Positions 59,484-64,000 of a stretch of DNA of 64,000 nt are shown one piece after another. The stretch spans positions 7,106 through 71,105 of the forward strand of contig CAZLPK010000002.1 in assembly GCA_964561375.1 (NCBI GenBank), in the 5' to 3' direction. The notes below the pieces were generated by a model that was given only the letters and a program-made list of their open reading frames with translations, ran no database searches and was not told the DNA's origin. Numbering within the stretch: the first letter of the stretch is position 1; every line of letters starts with the position of its first letter. Source of the stretch: an uncultured Novosphingobium sp. (GTDB lineage: Bacteria > Pseudomonadota > Alphaproteobacteria > Sphingomonadales > Sphingomonadaceae). Both the position numbers and the translations under genes were made by a program.

Positions 59484-60599
59484 ATGCGGATCGCGGTCCT
59501 GAAGGAAACCGCGAGTGGGGAAACCCGCGTCGCGGCCAGCCCGGAAACGGTGAAGAAGTTCATCGCACTGGGCGCCAGCGTAGCGGTCGAACCGGGGGCA
59601 GGTATCTCGGCAGCGATCTCCGATCAGGATTTTGCCGCCGCCGGGGCCGAAGTCTCAAAGGACGCGATCAGGGGTGCGGATATCGTGCTGGGCGTTCAGG
59701 GCCCGGCACCCGAAGCAATAAGGGATGCCAAGCCCGGGGCGTGGATCGTCGCCGGGCTTGACCCTTTCGGTCAGCGCGCCCGCATCGCTGCCTATGCGGC
59801 GGCTGGCTTTGAAGCGCTGGCGATGGAGTTCATGCCGCGCATCACCCGCGCGCAAAGCATGGACATCCTTTCCAGTCAGTCGAACCTCGCCGGTTACAAG
59901 GCGGTGATCGAAGCGGCCAATGCCTATGGCCGCGCCTTTCCGATGATGATGACGGCGGCGGGTACGGTTTCGGCCGCGAAGTGCTTTGTCATGGGGGTTG
60001 GGGTTGCCGGTCTTCAGGCGATTGCCACCGCGCGCCGGCTGGGCGCACAGGTTTCAGCCACCGACGTGCGCAGCGCGACCAGGGAGCAGATCCTGTCGCT
60101 GGGTGCCAAGCCGATTTTCGTCGAAAGCGTTGCCGGAATCGAGGGTGAGGGCACGGGCGGCTATGCCACCGAAATGTCCGAGGAATACCAGAAGGCGCAG
60201 GCCGAACTGGTCAGCGCTCATATCGCCAGGCAGGACATCGTCATCACCACTGCGCTGATCCCGGGCCGGGCCGCACCGCGCCTGATTTCCGACGCGCAGA
60301 TCGCGACGATGAAGCCGGGCAGCGTGATCTTTGACCTGGCTGTCGCGCAGGGCGGCAATGTCGAAGGCAGCAAGCCGGACGAGGTTGTGATCAGGCACGG
60401 CGTGAAGATCATCGGCTGGGCCAATACCCCGGCTCATCTGGCTGCAGATGCCTCGGCGCTTTTCGCCCGCAATCTCTACAATTTCCTCTCCGCCTTCTGG
60501 GGCAAGGAGAAGGGCCGCCCTGTGCTGGACGAGGAAATCGGCAATGCAGTGCGGCTGACCCAGGGCGGGAAAATCGTGAACGAGAGGCTGCTGGGGTGA
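59484..60599 (+). CDS. pntA: NAD(P) transhydrogenase alpha subunit, part 1
   Basis: ETRVAASPE, PRITRAQSMDILSSQSNLAGY, GVGVAGLQAI, ITTALIPGR, GGNV. Confidence 0.96.
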   Translation: MRIAVLKETASGETRVAASPETVKKFIALGASVAVEPGAGISAAISDQDFAAAGAEVSKDAIRGADIVLGVQGPAPEAIRDAKPGAWIVAGLDPFGQRARIAAYAAAGFEALAMEFMPRITRAQSMDILSSQSNLAGYKAVIEAANAYGRAFPMMMTAAGTVSAAKCFVMGVGVAGLQAIATARRLGAQVSATDVRSATREQILSLGAKPIFVESVAGIEGEGTGGYATEMSEEYQKAQAELVSAHIARQDIVITTALIPGRAAPRLISDAQIATMKPGSVIFDLAVAQGGNVEGSKPDEVVIRHGVKIIGWANTPAHLAADASALFARNLYNFLSAFWGKEKGRPVLDEEIGNAVRLTQGGKIVNERLLG

Positions 60600-61066
60600 G
60601 CTTTGGCGGTACCTTTCCTCCCCGAAACGGGGAGGGGGACCGCGCGAAGCGTGGTGGAGGGGGCAAGCCTGCTACGCAAAGGCCAATCGTTTATCGAGCC
60701 CGCCAACTTCGCCGCGAAATGAGTGTGCCGGAACGGCTGTTGTGGCAAGCATTGCGCTCGCGCCCCCAAGGGCTCAAGTTCAGGCGGCAACACCCGATCG
60801 GGCCCTATGTGGTCGACTTTTGCTGCCTTGCCGAGCGCTTGGTCGTGGAAGTGGATGGTGTTGTCCATGACATGGGTGACAATCCTGCACGTGATACAGT
60901 GCGGACGAAATTTCTGAACGATAACGGGTACAGGGTGTTGCGGGTTTCGGCGCAGCGCGTTCTGGCGGATGCAGTCGGCACGGCCGAGGCAATCGCCGTG
61001 CGGGTTGCCAGCCCCCTCCACCGTCCTGCGGACGGTCCCCCTCCCCGTGGCGGGGAGGCAAAATAG
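60596..61066 (+). CDS. DUF559 (Vsr-like PD-(D/E)XK) endonuclease domain protein
   Basis: RARQLRREMSVPERLLWQALR, KFRRQHPIGPYVVDF, LVVEVDG..H, RD, GYRVLR. Confidence 0.88.
   Translation: MSFGGTFPPRNGEGDRAKRGGGGKPATQRPIVYRARQLRREMSVPERLLWQALRSRPQGLKFRRQHPIGPYVVDFCCLAERLVVEVDGVVHDMGDNPARDTVRTKFLNDNGYRVLRVSAQRVLADAVGTAEAIAVRVASPLHRPADGPPPRGGEAK
60614..61061. mobile_element. Putative endonuclease cassette bounded by ~51-bp structured inverted repeats
   Basis: The reverse complement of 60614-60664 matches 61011-61061 except mainly within the internal hairpins. Confidence 0.7.
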
Positions 61067-61350
61067 TGGACTTCATCTCGATCCTCTCGATCTTCGTGCT
61101 GGCCTGCTTTGTTGGCTATTACGTGGTCTGGTCGGTTACTCCGGCGCTGCACACGCCGTTGATGGCGGTGACCAACGCGATTTCATCGGTGATCGTCGTC
61201 GGCGCGCTGATTGCTGCTGCGGCGGCTGGTAGCGGTGTGGCCAAGTGGCTGGGCCTGCTGGGCGTCGTGCTGGCCAGCGTGAACATCTTCGGCGGCTTTG
61301 CCGTGACGGCGCGGATGCTGGCGATGTACAAGAAGAAGGAGAAGAAGTGA
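61066..61350 (+). CDS. NAD(P) transhydrogenase alpha subunit, part 2 (membrane)
   Basis: VVWSVTPALHTPLMAVTNAISS, NIFGGFAVT.RML.M. Confidence 0.95.
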   Translation: MDFISILSIFVLACFVGYYVVWSVTPALHTPLMAVTNAISSVIVVGALIAAAAAGSGVAKWLGLLGVVLASVNIFGGFAVTARMLAMYKKKEKK

Positions 61351-62789
61351 TGGAATTCACGCTTCTCTCAGCCGCCGTAAGTGAACTGGCTGCAAGCCCA
61401 TGGGTGGCGCTGGCCTACCTTGTTTCGGGCGTGCTGTTCATTCTGGCCCTGCGCGGCCTGTCCAGCCCCGGCACCAGCCGCGGAGGCAACCGCTATGGCA
61501 TGGTGGGTATGCTGATTGCGGTGGTGACCACGCTGGTCACCCACCAGATCGCCAGTCTGCCGAAAATCCTAGGCGCGATTGCCATCGGTGGCGGGATCGG
61601 CTGGATCATTGCCCGCCGCATCGCGATGACGGACATGCCGCAACTGGTTGCAGCATTCCACAGCCTGGTCGGCCTTGCCGCCGTGCTGGTCGGCTGGGCA
61701 GCTTACCTTAATCCCGAAGCCTTCGGCATTGTCGGTGCTGACGGTGCGATCAATCCGGTTTCGCGGCTGGAAATGGGGCTGGGCATTGCCATCGGGGCGA
61801 TCACGTTTTCCGGCTCGGTCATCGCTTTCCTGAAACTTGCGGGCAAGATGAGCGGCGCGCCGATCCTGCTGCCCGCGCGGCACGTGATCAACCTCGGCAC
61901 GCTGCTGGCGATCCTTGGCCTGACCGGGTTCTTCATGACCGACCAGAGCCTGTGGATCATTGCGACGATCACGGTGCTGTCGTTCCTGATCGGCTTTCTG
62001 CTGATCATCCCGATTGGCGGGGCGGACATGCCGGTGGTCGTCTCGATGCTCAATTCCTATTCGGGCTGGGCTGCGGCGGCGATGGGTTTTACCCTGCACA
62101 ATTCCGCGATGATCATCACCGGCGCGCTGGTTGGTTCGTCGGGTGCGATCCTGTCCTACATCATGTGCCGGGCGATGAACCGCAGCTTCATCTCGGTGAT
62201 CGCGGGCGGCTTTGGCGCGGATGCCGGAGCGGCGGGTGGCGAGGCAAAGGAGCAGCGCCCGTGGAAACGCGGCAGCGCGGAAGACGCGGCATTCCTGCTC
62301 AAGGAAGCGGAAAACGTCATCATCATTCCCGGCTATGGCATGGCCGTGGCCCAGGCCCAGCACGCCCTGCGCGAAATGGGCGACCTGCTGAAGAAGGAAG
62401 GCGTCTCGGTCAAATATGCGATCCACCCGGTTGCAGGCCGTATGCCGGGCCACATGAACGTGCTGCTGGCCGAAGCGAACGTCCCTTATGACGAGGTGTT
62501 TGAACTGGAAGACATCAATTCCGAATTCGGCCAGTGCGACGTGGCCTTCATCATCGGCGCGAATGACGTGGTCAATCCGGCAGCCAAGACCGACAAGTCA
62601 TCACCCATCTATGGCATGCCGGTGTTCGATGTCGACAAGGCCAAGACCATCATGTTCATCAAGCGCTCGATGGGCGGGGTCGGCTATGCCGGGGTCGATA
62701 ACGACGTGTTCTACATGGACCAGACCATGATGCTGCTGGCCGATGCCAAGAAGATGGTCGAGGATATCGTCAAGGCGCTGGCGCACTGA
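61350..62789 (+). CDS. pntB: NAD(P) transhydrogenase beta subunit
   Basis: MPQLVAAFHSLVG, GGADMPVVVSMLNSYSG, PGYGMAVAQAQH, HPVAGRMPGHMNVLLAE, GANDVVNP. Confidence 0.97.
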   Translation: MEFTLLSAAVSELAASPWVALAYLVSGVLFILALRGLSSPGTSRGGNRYGMVGMLIAVVTTLVTHQIASLPKILGAIAIGGGIGWIIARRIAMTDMPQLVAAFHSLVGLAAVLVGWAAYLNPEAFGIVGADGAINPVSRLEMGLGIAIGAITFSGSVIAFLKLAGKMSGAPILLPARHVINLGTLLAILGLTGFFMTDQSLWIIATITVLSFLIGFLLIIPIGGADMPVVVSMLNSYSGWAAAAMGFTLHNSAMIITGALVGSSGAILSYIMCRAMNRSFISVIAGGFGADAGAAGGEAKEQRPWKRGSAEDAAFLLKEAENVIIIPGYGMAVAQAQHALREMGDLLKKEGVSVKYAIHPVAGRMPGHMNVLLAEANVPYDEVFELEDINSEFGQCDVAFIIGANDVVNPAAKTDKSSPIYGMPVFDVDKAKTIMFIKRSMGGVGYAGVDNDVFYMDQTMMLLADAKKMVEDIVKALAH

Positions 62790-63097
62790 TGCGGACTGCC
62801 GGACTTGCCATGCTGATTGCGCTGGCTGCCTGTTCGCCCAGCAAGCTGGCCTATGGTCAGGTCAAAAGCGCGATGCTGGAAGCCGGTCTGTCCGAGCCGA
62901 ACGCGGCCTGCATGGCGACGCGCATGACTGACCGGCTCAGTCTGATCCAGCTGAACAAGCTGAGGCAGTTGCGCGGCGAGAAGCAGAGCCTGTCCGACTA
63001 TGTCCTGGCTGTGCGCCGGGTGGGCGATGCCGAGGCTGTTTCAGTTACGGCGAGCAGCGCGGCCCTTTGCGCCAGCGGCCTTGCAAGGGAAAAGTGA
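62789..63097 (+). CDS. Hypothetical small lipoprotein
   Basis: LAAC lipobox; AGLSEPNAACMATRMTDRLS; TGATG overlap with pntB. Confidence 0.7.
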   Translation: MRTAGLAMLIALAACSPSKLAYGQVKSAMLEAGLSEPNAACMATRMTDRLSLIQLNKLRQLRGEKQSLSDYVLAVRRVGDAEAVSVTASSAALCASGLAREK

Positions 63098-63209
63098 AAC
63101 GCGCCCAGCCGCGCTCTTCTAAGGTTGGATGCCTCCCAGATGCTGGACCTGCGCAGGCTCCTCGCCTAAGGCGCTCGCAACAGGGGTTTCCAGCCCGGGA
63201 GTTACGCGA

Positions 63210-63293
63210 TTGCATAAATTTGGCCTGATCGGCGGCAAGAACCGGCTGCCGACACGCAGCGATTTTGCCGATCAGATTGCGGGGCGGGCGTGA
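63210..63293 (+). pseudogene. 27-aa ORF, possible vestige of an Asp/Glu racemase-family gene
   Basis: GGGAG SD then TTG; MHKFGLIGG resembles the racemase N-terminus; stop overlaps the dgt GTG. Confidence 0.35.
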
Positions 63294-64000
63294 GAGCGCG
63301 CTTTGCCTGTGATCCGGCCCAGAGCCGGGGGCGGGAGTTCCCGATCGAGCAGTCGCTCGCCCGCGGTCCGCGCAGCGCCTTTCAGCGCGACCGCGACCGG
63401 GTGGTCCATTCCATCGCTTTCCGCCGCCTGCGCCACAAGACGCAGGTGTTCATCGCCCCCGATGGCGACCATTACCGTGTTCGCCTGACCCACAGTCTGG
63501 AAGTGGCGCAGATCGGCCGCGTCATCGCCCGCGCGCTGGGGCTGGACGAGGACCTGACCGAGGCGCTGTGCCTGGCCCATGACATCGGCCATCCGCCCTT
63601 CGGCCATGCCGGAGAGGAAGCGTTGGACAATGCGCTAGGCGGGTTTGGTGGCTTTGATCACAACGCCCATTGCCTGCGCGTCCTGATGCGGCTGGAAAGC
63701 CCCTATTGCGAGCATGAAGGGCTGAACCTGTCGTGGGAAATGCTGGAAGGCCTGGCCAAGCACAATGGCCCGGTTAGCAACGTGCCCTGGGCGCTGGCCG
63801 AACTCGACGCGGCCTATCCGCTGGAACTGACGCAATGGGGTTCGCTGGAATCGCAGGTCGCCGCGCTGGCAGACGACATTGCCTATGACAATCACGACAT
63901 TGACGATGGCCTGCGGGCCGGGTTCCTCGATCTCGATGAATTGCTGACGCTCGATTTCGTGGCGGACCAGTGGCGCGAGATTGAGCGCAAGTTCCCCGGT
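63290..64000 (+). CDS. dgt: Deoxyguanosinetriphosphate triphosphohydrolase (3' truncated; absent from the ORF track)
   Basis: Manual translation: [62 protein letters not shown]. Confidence 0.95.
   Translation, partial: MRARFACDPAQSRGREFPIEQSLARGPRSAFQRDRDRVVHSIAFRRLRHKTQVFIAPDGDHYRVRLTHSLEVAQIGRVIARALGLDEDLTEALCLAHDIGHPPFGHAGEEALDNALGGFGGFDHNAHCLRVLMRLESPYCEHEGLNLSWEMLEGLAKHNGPVSNVPWALAELDAAYPLELTQWGSLESQVAALADDIAYDNHDIDDGLRAGFLDLDELLTLDFVADQWREIERKFPG

Overview
GC-rich alphaproteobacterial chromosome segment. Gene content and order point to Sphingomonadales (Novosphingobium/Erythrobacter-like); this is an inference. Most of it is core housekeeping: dapA-smpB-DUF2062-cckA-recA-alaS, icd, tRNA-Val, cpdR, a DEAD-box helicase, uvrD, rsmD/rluB, folC-accD-trpAB-trpF-pyrF-purB, radC, ydbH-ynbE-ydbL, the F0 ATP synthase operon, gloB, rpsA, DUF3999/DUF2339, tacA, pntAB and a partial dgt. 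The main non-routine observations are: (1) a DUF559 endonuclease gene bracketed by ~51-bp structured inverted repeats, lying inside the pnt operon with start/stop overlaps at both ends; (2) a structured leader before an SDR gene, in which a 3-codon uORF ends in UGA in frame with the SDR and both ribosome-binding sites pair in one stem (candidate stop-codon-readthrough switch); (3) an intact 1290-bp IS5-family element with an AGCT target duplication that splits an alanine-zipper lipoprotein gene; (4) several families of REP/REPIN-like palindromes, nested the same way at two loci; (5) a SuhB/MmgR-like sRNA with its own promoter; (6) a frameshifted radC, LexA boxes at recA and uvrD, a TacA with a degenerate GAFTGA motif, and a possible racemase vestige before dgt. 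All calls come from reading the sequence; no searches were run.
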